From positions 427-64,426 of the IMG/VR virus record IMGVR_UViG_3300037114_000073: a DNA stretch of 64,000 nucleotides; one strand, 5' to 3'. This DNA comes from a virus (lineage: Duplodnaviria; Caudoviricetes). Positions 50,672 to 60,555 of this stretch are shown one piece after another. Position numbers and translations under genes: made by a program. The notes beneath the pieces are model-generated. The model was not told the origin of the DNA and did not search any database. It saw nothing but the letters and a program-made list of their open reading frames with translations. Positions within the stretch are counted from its first letter, which is position 1; every line of letters begins with the position of its first letter.

Positions 50672-50971
50672 TCAAGCAGATTTTGCATGTTGTCTCTCCT
50701 TCATATGAAAGCTTCTGTGGCAAGTCCGATGGCAAGGTTTCCGGTTTGACGCATCATTGTTTTTGTGGTTGCCATCCTGGTGGTGGATGGTGAGCTTCGT
50801 TTTGATGGGAATTGATCCCCTGATGATATGCCAAGTGCCATCGTCTGCAATCAAGTCTTCTAGCTTCAGTAAAGGTTCTTTGCAGAAATAGCACTTGGTT
50901 GCAGTTCCGAAATGATTCATCATCATTCGAAGCATTCTGAGTTCTGATCGACTACTTTTTCGCATGCTCAT
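50672..50971 (-). CDS. Small HNH endonuclease
   Basis: CYFC..IHHQDGNHKNN..N..CHRTCH. Confidence 0.8.
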   Translation of the reverse strand: MSMRKSSRSELRMLRMMMNHFGTATKCYFCKEPLLKLEDLIADDGTWHIIRGSIPIKTKLTIHHQDGNHKNNDASNRKPCHRTCHRSFHMKERQHAKSA

Positions 50972-51146
50972 CCGACATACTCCCCTGAAGAGAGAAGTCT
51001 GTCTTTGTAAATAACAAAAAATTTCAAACCCTTCTGCACCACTTTCGTTTCAACTCTCGCCTGAGATGCCAACTGTTTTGCTGCGCGCTCAGCTGCAGAA
51101 AGCTTGAAATGTTCACTCGATTCAAACCATCCAAATTCATAAGTTT

Positions 51147-51296
51147 TCATGCTGCCCTCCGCGTGGTGCCAATCGATTTCAGTTGAAGAATGTGTTTACA
51201 ATCTTTTCTGGGAGTAGCAAAGTGCCATGCAGGACAACTGCAGGACCACTTTCGTCCGCGGAGAGTAATTGAATATTTTCGTCGCGCGTCGCTCAT
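51147..51296 (-). CDS. Small SWIM zinc-finger protein (absent from ORF track)
   Basis: Manual translation MSDARRKYSITLRGRKWSCSCPAWHFATPRKDCKHI..., CxC-x11-CxH. Confidence 0.7.
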   Translation of the reverse strand: MSDARRKYSITLRGRKWSCSCPAWHFATPRKDCKHILQLKSIGTTRRAA

Positions 51297-51895
51297 GGAA
51301 CTGATTTTGAAAAACTTTTTTCATAATTCACACTCCGCTTCCATACTCCCATGAACCTGGATATAGCACTCGTCGCACAGTTGACCGTGACCGCATTCAA
51401 TGGAAGCGGCTTGCTTTTCACACGCTTCACAATAATCATCGGGAACGCGTTTTCCTTCTCGTGTCACTTTTGTGAATGTAGCGGTCATGGGATTAATTTC
51501 TCCGAAAGTGGAAGGCCTAACAGTCCATACATCTGCTGGACCAAATACTTCACGGCGAACACGTTCACGAATTTTCATATTGTCCTCCAGAGCACCGTAA
51601 TAAAGAAAACCACTGAGCAAAGGTAGATGTAGAAGTTTATTTTCATAGCATCACCCCCGCTTGCATAATCACACGGCATTTACCACTGCGGGCTCCGGAA
51701 ATGTTCTTTTGGTTTTTGCTGGTGATATGTGTGCGAGTCGTTTTCGCCAAAGTGCCGACTTCGAAATTTCTGTGTGATTGAATCTCGTCGCGGACTTCTT
51801 CGTCCACGTAAACTTTTAGAGGTACACCATTTACTGTTATGTTGCTCAGATCCGGCATCGTAATCTCCTATGGAGTGGATGGTATCGGAATTTCG

Positions 51896-52277
51896 TGGTG
51901 CCAACGGAAATTTTAGTTTTTATCGTTTTGGAATGTGACCTGTTGCTTGCTTGCGAAAATGTGGATTATCAAAGGCAAAAAACTTATGCACCATTTTCTT
52001 CTGCTGAACATCGCTCGGATATCCTGAAATTGCTGCAACATATTCTGCAGTCATTTTCTTTCTGCGTGCAAGAGATGGCTTCGATTTTGCCAACTCCAAA
52101 GTTAATGTTTCATGTTTATAAACCATTTCTCCAACCTGGAGATAAGGAATAATTGATTTCAGCTTCGGATTTCAAAACCCAAGGATATGAGCGAGCAATC
52201 TTTTTCAATTCTGATTTCGTCATGTTAATTCTCCTTTTGAATTTTTTGTTCGATGGTGCCAACGGAAATTTTAGTTT
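51896..52277. repeat. Identical 24-bp direct repeats
   Basis: TGGTGCCAACGGAAATTTTAGTTT at 51896-51919 and 52254-52277. Confidence 0.9.
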
Positions 52278-52569
52278 CAAAGTTTTTCAACATCAAATTC
52301 GGTGCAAGTGATTCCCGTATTTTTTGTCAGCTGAATCATCAACGAAAATTTTGCATTTTTCACATGGTTAACTTTTTGTAGTGGATCAGGGGTGATGCAA
52401 CGAACAGTACCAATCGCACCAAAAGCACTTTCATAGGAACGACGAGTGGTTGTAACTTTAACGCGATCACCAACTTTTAATGTTTTCATACGACGTTTCT
52501 CCTTTTCTACAATGTGTGAATTCATTGGCCTTTACGAAGGTGCATATTCTACACTTCGTGCATACCATT

Positions 52570-52598
52570 ATTGTAGATTCTGGAGGTATGCCTGTCAA
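52570..52598 (-). promoter_or_regulatory. Sigma70-type early promoter
   Basis: TTGACA-N17-TACAAT at the head of the small-gene region. Confidence 0.8.
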
Positions 52599-52677
52599 GG
52601 AAAAAACAGGTTATTTTAACCAATGTTTATGGGGTTCTCAGTGGCCTGGAATTGATTAAAGACTGTAAAATCGAGGA

Positions 52678-54588
52678 TTATGTAGGATCTTGCTCTGGCT
52701 TAAACTCTTGCGGAATATCGCCATACTTTTCTTTATGCGGTTTAATTTCTGCAGGCAAATAACCCAATCTTCTGCTGCGAACAATTTGAGCAATAGCAAA
52801 TGCCATCACACAGTCATCATGGCAGCCAACGTCTCCTTCTGGTCTTCCTTGTTTATCCTGGTTGCGAACGAAAGTGCTCATTTCCTCAATAAGCTTAAGG
52901 CTGTGAATTTTATTGGGAAATTCACTGAGATAATATTTTGCACGATTTAATGCCAGTGGACGAGTTTTCGGTGTTGTAGGGAATCCATCTATTTCCCGCT
53001 GTCTTCCTTGGCCACCATCCTGAGCTTTTTCTGTGATATGCCCTCTCCCCCATCCTTCCTTCCACCAATCTCTATGCTTGTAAATATTCATGTAGGAACA
53101 CGCACGCTGCATTGTAAGAATTACCGTTCCTCCATCATTGTTTCTTTCCACAGCGACAAGTGCATTATTATATCGTTCCCCTAGATCTGCTAAATCCCAA
53201 CCAAATTCTTCTGGTAATAATTGTGAACGATATTCTGCAACTTGCTCTCCAGATTCTTCGTCAATTACCTCAGCAACGCTCCAGTCCAATCTGCTTGCGG
53301 GATCTTCATCACTGCCGACTTCCAATCCGGATGCTACGTCTGCTCCGATAATATAATTATGATGTGGCTTTTCTTGTTTGAAGATTGTAATTTTCCCATG
53401 CTTTTCCCTGGGAGAGTATGCAAGTAATTCTTTATAACGCTGACGAACGATTTCCTTATCGAAAAATGAACTGCCGGTTAATAGGAAACAGGTAATATCG
53501 TCTTCAGGATATTTCTCATCGAACTCATCTCTTAATTGTTCCTTCTTCATTCTGCGCCAAGCAATTTGATTTAGATTTACTTGGACGCTTATTTGTTCCT
53601 GGTCTGCAATAAATAATAATTCGTCCTTCTGTAAAGAATCCTGTTCGACTGGTTTATCAAGATAATATTCATCATGACGATTCCAGGTATGAAAGTGATA
53701 TGTGAATTCTCTATATCCTTTTCCAGTGTCTCTTGCTCTCATACATTCGGAAAAGAAATACCCGCCATGTCCATTGGCGGTGGATTCCATATCGAATGTT
53801 CCATCTTTCGGAATCGCTTCTTTCATATTTGCAAGAGTGGCCTCAGGACTTCCTTCCCATCTTGCGACTTCAGTTGCCACTACATGCTGGAGAGTTAATC
53901 CTTGCCCAACTTCTTCGACTTCAGCTGATGCACAACGAATAGCACAATCAATCTGATCAAATATTATTTCTTTTCTGTTGGACGCTACCGTGTGAAGTAG
54001 ATGCTGGTGGAGTTCCTGTGCAAAGGAATTCTTTGAACGATCAAAAGGATCAACCATTCCAAACAGATTGTATACGCGTTTAAGCATTCTAAAATGTGCT
54101 GTTGCATACTCACCTGTCTGGGAAATGAGAAGGCCATTATGTCCGGGATTTAAAATACAAGGAAGAAATAAACGGCGGATAATCATATACGTCGTGTATC
54201 CGCCTTGCCGTGGCTTTAGGAATATATTTCTTGAGCCAAGCTTTGATTCAATATCTCTTTGGATTGTATTTAAAGCAAAAGGAACAAGGTTACGGTTCCA
54301 GAAGATTGATTCAGATGGGAGTATTTCTTTTTCACCCTTTTCAGGCTGCTTACGCTGAATCCAACAAAAACGCAGCATGAACTCCTCAGGTCCATACTGC
54401 GTCCAAAGGTTTTGTAGTTGGAATAATTGTTCTTTTACACGACCGGGATCTGGTCCGTGGTAAGCATCTTTTGATCTAGCAAATCCATATGTAGATTTTT
54501 GTGGTTGTACTAATTGCAGTCTTTCGGCAACAAGCTTTTTTACTAAAAGCTGGATCCCAGGATTAGAACTTTTAACTAGAGCCCCCAT
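52678..54588 (-). CDS. terL: Terminase large subunit
   Basis: LKPRQGGYTT, TEVA, ESTANG, GADVA, VERN, HDDCVMA. Confidence 0.93.
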   Translation of the reverse strand: MGALVKSSNPGIQLLVKKLVAERLQLVQPQKSTYGFARSKDAYHGPDPGRVKEQLFQLQNLWTQYGPEEFMLRFCWIQRKQPEKGEKEILPSESIFWNRNLVPFALNTIQRDIESKLGSRNIFLKPRQGGYTTYMIIRRLFLPCILNPGHNGLLISQTGEYATAHFRMLKRVYNLFGMVDPFDRSKNSFAQELHQHLLHTVASNRKEIIFDQIDCAIRCASAEVEEVGQGLTLQHVVATEVARWEGSPEATLANMKEAIPKDGTFDMESTANGHGGYFFSECMRARDTGKGYREFTYHFHTWNRHDEYYLDKPVEQDSLQKDELLFIADQEQISVQVNLNQIAWRRMKKEQLRDEFDEKYPEDDITCFLLTGSSFFDKEIVRQRYKELLAYSPREKHGKITIFKQEKPHHNYIIGADVASGLEVGSDEDPASRLDWSVAEVIDEESGEQVAEYRSQLLPEEFGWDLADLGERYNNALVAVERNNDGGTVILTMQRACSYMNIYKHRDWWKEGWGRGHITEKAQDGGQGRQREIDGFPTTPKTRPLALNRAKYYLSEFPNKIHSLKLIEEMSTFVRNQDKQGRPEGDVGCHDDCVMAFAIAQIVRSRRLGYLPAEIKPHKEKYGDIPQEFKPEQDPT

Positions 54589-54592
54589 TCAG

Positions 54593-55153
54593 TTATTGTG
54601 CAACCTCACTGGGAGTAGCTCCTCTCGACATGCTAACACCACTAGTGGTAACAGACGAAATCTTATTAGTAAGCACTCGTATCTTTTTGCTAACTTCAGC
54701 ATCACCTTGGTAATCAATTGTACCCAAAACCCCGCAATAAGGAAGATCTTTCTGATTAACTTCTTCTCGAACTAAACGATAATATTTATCGTCAAGATAC
54801 GATCCTGTTGACATTCCCTCGAAATGTGCAAATGCTATACGAGATCCTATTTCAAAAGACGAACGATGATAAATTGTTTCGTCTGATTCTCCACCTTCAC
54901 TATCAATAATTACCCTACGTACTGTATAAGGTTTCCAAACTGCGATAACTATTCCTTCATAGACTGTTTTTTGCTGGGCGGTTTCTGCTAAAATAATTCC
55001 CCCTTCAGTAACGTGTTCCTTAGGGAGTACCCTTGTTAAACAATACGGATAATTAGGAATAAAACGTCTACCACCAATATTTAATTCATATATTTCCTGG
55101 CAAATAGACGAAAGCTTTTTCTCAAGTAACGCGATTCTCTTTTCATTATTCAT
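54593..55153 (-). CDS. GroES-like co-chaperonin
   Basis: Mobile-loop motif TEGGIILAETAQQK..GIVIAV. Confidence 0.75.
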   Translation of the reverse strand: MNNEKRIALLEKKLSSICQEIYELNIGGRRFIPNYPYCLTRVLPKEHVTEGGIILAETAQQKTVYEGIVIAVWKPYTVRRVIIDSEGGESDETIYHRSSFEIGSRIAFAHFEGMSTGSYLDDKYYRLVREEVNQKDLPYCGVLGTIDYQGDAEVSKKIRVLTNKISSVTTSGVSMSRGATPSEVAQ

Positions 55154-55533
55154 TGTTTTACCTTCGAGGCTAGATTATTCATCTGTAACGTTTCTTTTAC
55201 ATTCTTTTCTGTTGGTGCAATTAATGATGATTGCTTTGTTTCTACTTTTGCCCAAGTAGGAATCATATATCCATGAGAATTAAAATGGCTAACAGCGAAT
55301 GTATAAGCTGTTCCACAATTGGGGCACTTATCTAACTTCTCATGTGCAAAAGCAATAACCGTTACGTCAATAGAATTTAAAATTCTGGGTCTAGGAATCT
55401 TAACTACTATTTCTTCTTGACAGTTTTGGCATTTAAACCTAGCTGCTATTGGAAGTGCTCGTCCTGCATCTGGAACTGGTTGTTGTGGTTGATTATTATT
55501 TTCTTCTGTCATCGTACAAGCTCCCCTGTGCAA
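55150..55533 (-). CDS. Zn-ribbon protein
   Basis: CQNC..CPNCG. Confidence 0.55.
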   Translation of the reverse strand: MHRGACTMTEENNNQPQQPVPDAGRALPIAARFKCQNCQEEIVVKIPRPRILNSIDVTVIAFAHEKLDKCPNCGTAYTFAVSHFNSHGYMIPTWAKVETKQSSLIAPTEKNVKETLQMNNLASKVKQ

Positions 55534-56288
55534 GCTGAAAATACTTTGTGTAGTTGAACCGATATTCTAAGACTCGGATATTGTTTCTGCCATTCTAGGC
55601 AACGTTGTAAATTATCATTATTTACTGAGTTCTCAAAATTGATCGGCTGGATAAACACGGGTTTCCTTTTTGAAAGCTCTACTAAGTCAATATCCCAAAA
55701 ACTTTTATCGTCAAACATAACTTGCATCTTAAATAAATCATCGGTAGTAAAATTATCATCAATTAATACTTTTAATTCATCTGCCCTATTAATCATCGAT
55801 GAATAGCAATTAAGTTTCGGTGATAGTGTTACCCATATTCCTTGATCTAAATGCTTATTAACTGTTCCTGATGTTTCAATATGTATCTTCTTATCTTTAT
55901 GCCATAGATAAGTAATTAATGTTGTAAGATCGTGATCTAATGGTTCTCCTCCTGTAATACAAACGTGTTCTACATCAACTGGAATACGATTCATTAATTG
56001 TTCTATATTTAAACGTTCCTTTACACGATAATCGGTGTCACAAGGAAATTCTAATTCGTGTGCACTTGTACACTTGTGAGTATATACAGGAAGTAAAGGC
56101 ATCATGTTAAGTTTATTCTCGATCATCTTCTGATTATCATTTAAAGGAAATAATTCATATCTATTCTTAGGATAAAGTTTACCAACACTGCATCCAGCTA
56201 AGCGAATAAAATATTGCATCTGTCCTGCATAACATCCCTCACCTTGTGGACTTACGAATATTTCACTTATTGGATATTTCTTTTCCAT
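55509..56288 (-). CDS. queE: 7-carboxy-7-deazaguanine synthase (radical SAM)
   Basis: EIFVSPQGEG, FIRLAGC, CDTDY, ITGGEP, IETSG, LSPK, SVQLHK. Confidence 0.92.
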   Translation of the reverse strand: MEKKYPISEIFVSPQGEGCYAGQMQYFIRLAGCSVGKLYPKNRYELFPLNDNQKMIENKLNMMPLLPVYTHKCTSAHELEFPCDTDYRVKERLNIEQLMNRIPVDVEHVCITGGEPLDHDLTTLITYLWHKDKKIHIETSGTVNKHLDQGIWVTLSPKLNCYSSMINRADELKVLIDDNFTTDDLFKMQVMFDDKSFWDIDLVELSKRKPVFIQPINFENSVNNDNLQRCLEWQKQYPSLRISVQLHKVFSACTGELVR

Positions 56289-56449
56289 GCCACTTTGCTC
56301 CTTCTTCTTGTACTCTAGGTTGCGTTACACTATACAATACGTTTATGAATTGTGTAAGTAAATAAAAAGAATCTGCTGGGGTTAACGTACAACCCCTTAA
56401 CTCTACAGTTAACTTATTACATATTTTATCTAAGACTTCTGTTTTCATA

Positions 56450-56902
56450 TTACCTAATCCTATCGTCATACAACCCTCCGGTTCTTTTTCTCTTGGCAAC
56501 ATCTCTTGATACCGTTGGTTCTTCTTTCTTTACTTCAAATCCGAAAACACGAAATAATGATTTAACTGCTCCGAATAAACCGCCTACATACGGTGTCTTA
56601 TCTCCTGTTTGTTCTTCATCTGGATATAGGATTAATATACCACCCTCTTGTGACATGTCTGCATCTATAGGGGTAGGCATCTTATTCATATCATTTGATA
56701 GATAATATTGTGTTAATACGACATCTTCGGGATTCTCTATTCCTGCTTCTTTCATTTCACAAATCTTACACTTGCTAATCGTTCTGATCAGAGGATTTAC
56801 TGCTCGCATTATTTCTCTACCACATTGACGGCAGAAAATACTCCTCAGCCCGTCTGCTCTGACTCTTCCACCGTCCTGATGATGGGTGAACTCTCTTGCC
56901 AT
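56450..56902 (-). CDS. Zn-ribbon hypothetical protein
   Basis: CRQC..CKIC. Confidence 0.5.
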   Translation of the reverse strand: MAREFTHHQDGGRVRADGLRSIFCRQCGREIMRAVNPLIRTISKCKICEMKEAGIENPEDVVLTQYYLSNDMNKMPTPIDADMSQEGGILILYPDEEQTGDKTPYVGGLFGAVKSLFRVFGFEVKKEEPTVSRDVAKRKRTGGLYDDRIR

Positions 56903-57654
56903 AAATCCTCCCAGACTGAAAACAAAAAATTAGCTGTGACATTGTTTCCAACTACAGCACGATATTTATCTAGTCCTGAGTTACCGTATAATATTCCTTG
57001 CAGATTAGATGGAAAGAATTCTATGACTGACTTCTTTAATACGGCTGCTATATACGTTGCTGTACTTGCTTCTCCTATAACTATCTTTGCATGATTAATA
57101 TATCCTATAAATGACATCGGAGCAGCTTCATATTTTTCCATTTCTCTACCATCTATGATTATATTTAATTCTGGATAATTATTTAAAAGATAATCATAAA
57201 ACTTTTGTGCTTCTTCTCCATCACCCCAGGGAAATATTAATACATCCATCATTAAATCTTTTTCTGGTTCTTCCACCTGGAGTGCAGCTAATATAGGCCA
57301 CTGTCCCGCTCCAGTTCCTATTAATGTATTCAACCCTGCGGTTATATGTATTCCAACTCTACTAGATATCTTTTCAGCACGTTGGAAATCAAAATTAATA
57401 AAACAATCAAATTCTCCTCTTTGCCATTCATTCCATCCTGAATAATCTACAACTGGTATGTTATCTTTGACTACTCTCAATGCGGGTTCGAAGTATTTAA
57501 ATTTCTCATCCATACGAATGGTTATTAGATAATGTTTTTCTCTTTCATTTCTCTGAGCTCCAGTTGCAGCTTGCAGAGAATAATCCTGGACTATAGCCAT
57601 AGCTAGGAGAAAATCTCTTAGATTATCGGGCATCTGGATGAGGATTGAGTCCAT
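56845..57654 (-). CDS. Divergent GT9-like glycosyltransferase
   Basis: LRDFLLA and AKIVIGEASTATYIAAVLKK resemble degenerate GT9 motifs. Confidence 0.5.
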   Translation of the reverse strand: MDSILIQMPDNLRDFLLAMAIVQDYSLQAATGAQRNEREKHYLITIRMDEKFKYFEPALRVVKDNIPVVDYSGWNEWQRGEFDCFINFDFQRAEKISSRVGIHITAGLNTLIGTGAGQWPILAALQVEEPEKDLMMDVLIFPWGDGEEAQKFYDYLLNNYPELNIIIDGREMEKYEAAPMSFIGYINHAKIVIGEASTATYIAAVLKKSVIEFFPSNLQGILYGNSGLDKYRAVVGNNVTANFLFSVWEDLWQESSPIIRTVEESEQTG

Positions 57655-57658
57655 AATT

Positions 57659-58204
57659 TTATTGCACCCTATAAGTCTTACCTTTTAATACAGCATAAAT
57701 TGGCCAAGATGATACCTTAAACTTATCAGCTAAATCTTGTTGTGTATACTTTCCTGTTTTATATAATTTCTTTATTTCTTTAACTTGTTCCATTGTTAGT
57801 TTAGAATGCCAATTATCCTCTCCTCTAAGCCCGTGCCATTCACGACGACCCTTCTTCATCATATCATGTACATTTTGTTTCTGTGTCCCTAACCATAAAT
57901 GATTAGGATTTACACAAATAGGATTATCACAAGAATGACAAACTTTTAATCCATGACGACGACCTATAAAAAACTCATACGAAGCTACATGAGCAAACTG
58001 TATCCGTTTTCCATGTAATTTGAATAAACACTTACCATAACCATAACTATCAGTTGCACCTTTCCATTCCCAACATTCATCTTCTTCACCTATATCTACA
58101 TAATGTAAAAATTGTGCAAACTTAAAATAAATATCAAACTTCTTATAATTATAACGAGCTATTTGCTCACTCTGTGTTGGATGTACTTTTTGAGATTTAG
58201 ACAT
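57659..58204 (-). CDS. HNH homing endonuclease (paralog of 1752..2288)
   Basis: ECWEW, YG, AHVASY, VCHSCDNPICVNPNHLWLGT. Confidence 0.9.
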   Translation of the reverse strand: MSKSQKVHPTQSEQIARYNYKKFDIYFKFAQFLHYVDIGEEDECWEWKGATDSYGYGKCLFKLHGKRIQFAHVASYEFFIGRRHGLKVCHSCDNPICVNPNHLWLGTQKQNVHDMMKKGRREWHGLRGEDNWHSKLTMEQVKEIKKLYKTGKYTQQDLADKFKVSSWPIYAVLKGKTYRVQ

Positions 58205-58514
58205 GACTTTTTAATTTCTTATCTGGATCTACAAAAACAGCTTTGTAATAGCAACTCGGACATACAAAACTATTTTGAGCTTTCCCACCTAACTCAGGAA
58301 ATAATGGCAAACAATGTTTTTTACGAAAATAAGTTCTACAAGTACTACACCAAAACATTTCTTCTCTTGGTTTCTTTCTTACATCCATCCAAGCTTCAGC
58401 AACGGCACTTCCAGCCATACATACAAATACTATAACCATTAAAACAATTAGAAAAACGATATGGTGTGAAATAAATCTCATTGGCTTAACACTTGCTTGA
58501 ATACGTACTTCCAC
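58197..58514 (-). CDS. Membrane-anchored Zn-finger protein
   Basis: TM helix then CSTC..CPSC. Confidence 0.5.
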   Translation of the reverse strand: MEVRIQASVKPMRFISHHIVFLIVLMVIVFVCMAGSAVAEAWMDVRKKPREEMFWCSTCRTYFRKKHCLPLFPELGGKAQNSFVCPSCYYKAVFVDPDKKLKSHV

Positions 58515-59569
58515 GTATCAGCTATAACAGCTGCATTATAAAATTTGAACATAACATTGTACATTTTTTGAGCAATATCTTTTCTCATCTCGGGTTCGTT
58601 GATTAGTGTAGTTAATTTTGTTTTCCACTGGGAAATGGAATTGCAAAGTAACCATTTAAGATCGTCACCACCTAGTTCGCAGAATTCTCTATACGGTTGT
58701 ACATCACTTACTAAACAAGGAATCTTTATTGCTGCGGCTTCAAGTAACTTGATATTCGATTTTGATCTGTTGAATCTGCTATCTACCAGCGGTGCAATCG
58801 ATATATCCCATCCCCAACTAGCAAAACGGTTTGCATATTCTCCTACGGCACATCCTTGTCTGTACCCCGTTTGTGGATGGATAGCTATTTTATTTGTAAC
58901 GACTGTTCTTGATTTAGCTCTACCAACTAATCTACCTTGTTTATCATACTTAGCTTTCCAAGTATCTTTTATATCTAATGCTGCTGCTCCTACAATCTGC
59001 ATAATTGCTGTTGGATTCTTATCTAATACTTCTGGAATAATATCGAATACATCTTTGCAGTCTTCTGAATGTGTAGTAGAACCACCCCAACCGATCATTA
59101 CTAGATTATCTTTTACTAAGTTTTTAGGATAGAAAAGATCTGTATCAATTGCATTAGGCACAATATAGATTGGTTTATTTAACCTGAATCCTGTACGTGC
59201 TGCTGATGCCAGCCTTTGAGTACTGACTGTTATTGCATCAGCTTCAGCTGCACATTTCCAAAACCCTTCTTGCATAGAATCAAATACTTGTTTTCCAGGA
59301 TTAGCAGATGGAAGATCCCAAAGGTTATCATCTGTGTCATAGATAACTTTTATTCCTACTTCTCTCATTCTCTTAATAGCATTCAAGTTATGATCTGATA
59401 CTTGTCGCTGTACGATAGCTATCTTACATCCTTGTATTTCCCTTAAATCAACTGGTCCGAGTCTAAATACAAAAGACGATCCTGGAATATTTAAATGTGG
59501 TTGATACATACGCCACAAGGCACATCCATCAATCGCAGCTGGGAAGAAAACTATTTCAGATGGATTCAT
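58478..59569 (-). CDS. GT-B (GT4-like) glycosyltransferase
   Basis: YDTDD, VPNAID, IGW.GS..H, APL..FN..KSNIKLLEAAA. Confidence 0.85.
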   Translation of the reverse strand: MNPSEIVFFPAAIDGCALWRMYQPHLNIPGSSFVFRLGPVDLREIQGCKIAIVQRQVSDHNLNAIKRMREVGIKVIYDTDDNLWDLPSANPGKQVFDSMQEGFWKCAAEADAITVSTQRLASAARTGFRLNKPIYIVPNAIDTDLFYPKNLVKDNLVMIGWGGSTTHSEDCKDVFDIIPEVLDKNPTAIMQIVGAAALDIKDTWKAKYDKQGRLVGRAKSRTVVTNKIAIHPQTGYRQGCAVGEYANRFASWGWDISIAPLVDSRFNRSKSNIKLLEAAAIKIPCLVSDVQPYREFCELGGDDLKWLLCNSISQWKTKLTTLINEPEMRKDIAQKMYNVMFKFYNAAVIADTWKYVFKQVLSQ

Positions 59570-59967
59570 TGCTTTACTTCCTTAGCTGATTTGAACTTAA
59601 TAATTCCAAATGCCCCAAGTGGGTAGAATATTCCAGAGTCACCCCTTATTCCCATAGTACTGGTATACTTAACAAATACTTCCTTAGCTGATTTAATTGA
59701 GTCGGAATGAATTCTGATACTGTCGTACATTTTAGATTTCACTCTCTTGTATTTAACCAATGAGCTAAACTTTATTTTTACGATCATTTATGTTTTCCAT
59801 GTGACTTAGACTTATGTTTAGATTTATGTTTCTTCTTATTGTCAGCTAACTGTTTTTTAAGCTTCTCTGTTTCGTATCCCACTGCTGTAACATCCTCATA
59901 ACCAAGAATCCAAAGTGTATTTTTTCTTAACTGTTTAAGTACTTCACCAACTGGACGATAGGGATTT

Positions 59968-60552
59968 CTATCCCTTCCCTGTTTCTTCTTGGCTGCAGCT
60001 CGTCCCTTTTGATAGTAATGATTCTTCTTCATTCTTTTGATGTAATTTTCCAGATTCCTCAATGCTAACGTTCTGCGATCTATTCCTAACGATGATTTCA
60101 TAATCCTCACGCGTATATGTAGCTGAACATTTACTTGTCTCCCATAGTTTAACCTGTACTAAATTACAATCCAAATGTGCTAATAATCCTGGTGCAACAT
60201 CTTCTACAAAATACTGTGCTAAATTTTCTACTGTTGGATTACACGGAAGTCCTATTACTGCTGACGAATCGTGGCAGAATGCCATCGGTGCTGCTATTCT
60301 CATTGCTGTGTAAAGATGATCCTCTTTCCATAACAACATCTTATGATCCCAATTCTTTTCTAACCAATTACACAATACATCTTTTACTACTCCAAAATCT
60401 AATACTCTTCCTAGTTTATCTAAACCATTCATGGAACCTATAGTTAATTCAAATCGATAATTATGCCCATGAATATTCCGACAGGCTCCTTCATGACCAT
60501 ATACTCTATGCCCCGCACAAATCTCATGCTCGCGGGTAATAAGGACTGCCAT
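59968..60552 (-). CDS. queD: 6-carboxytetrahydropterin synthase
   Basis: H..C..HGHNY, LDF, WDH, NPTVENLA, LWET. Confidence 0.92.
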   Translation of the reverse strand: MAVLITREHEICAGHRVYGHEGACRNIHGHNYRFELTIGSMNGLDKLGRVLDFGVVKDVLCNWLEKNWDHKMLLWKEDHLYTAMRIAAPMAFCHDSSAVIGLPCNPTVENLAQYFVEDVAPGLLAHLDCNLVQVKLWETSKCSATYTREDYEIIVRNRSQNVSIEESGKLHQKNEEESLLSKGTSCSQEETGKG

Positions 60553-60555
60553 AAA

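Noticed and set aside
51164-52277. TTGGCAC as a sigma54 -24 element
   Set aside because: No TTGC -12 element at the required spacing in the copies checked
51896-52277. 24-bp repeats as a mini CRISPR array or att sites
   Set aside because: Only two copies 358 bp apart enclosing genes; no cas or integrase gene in the window
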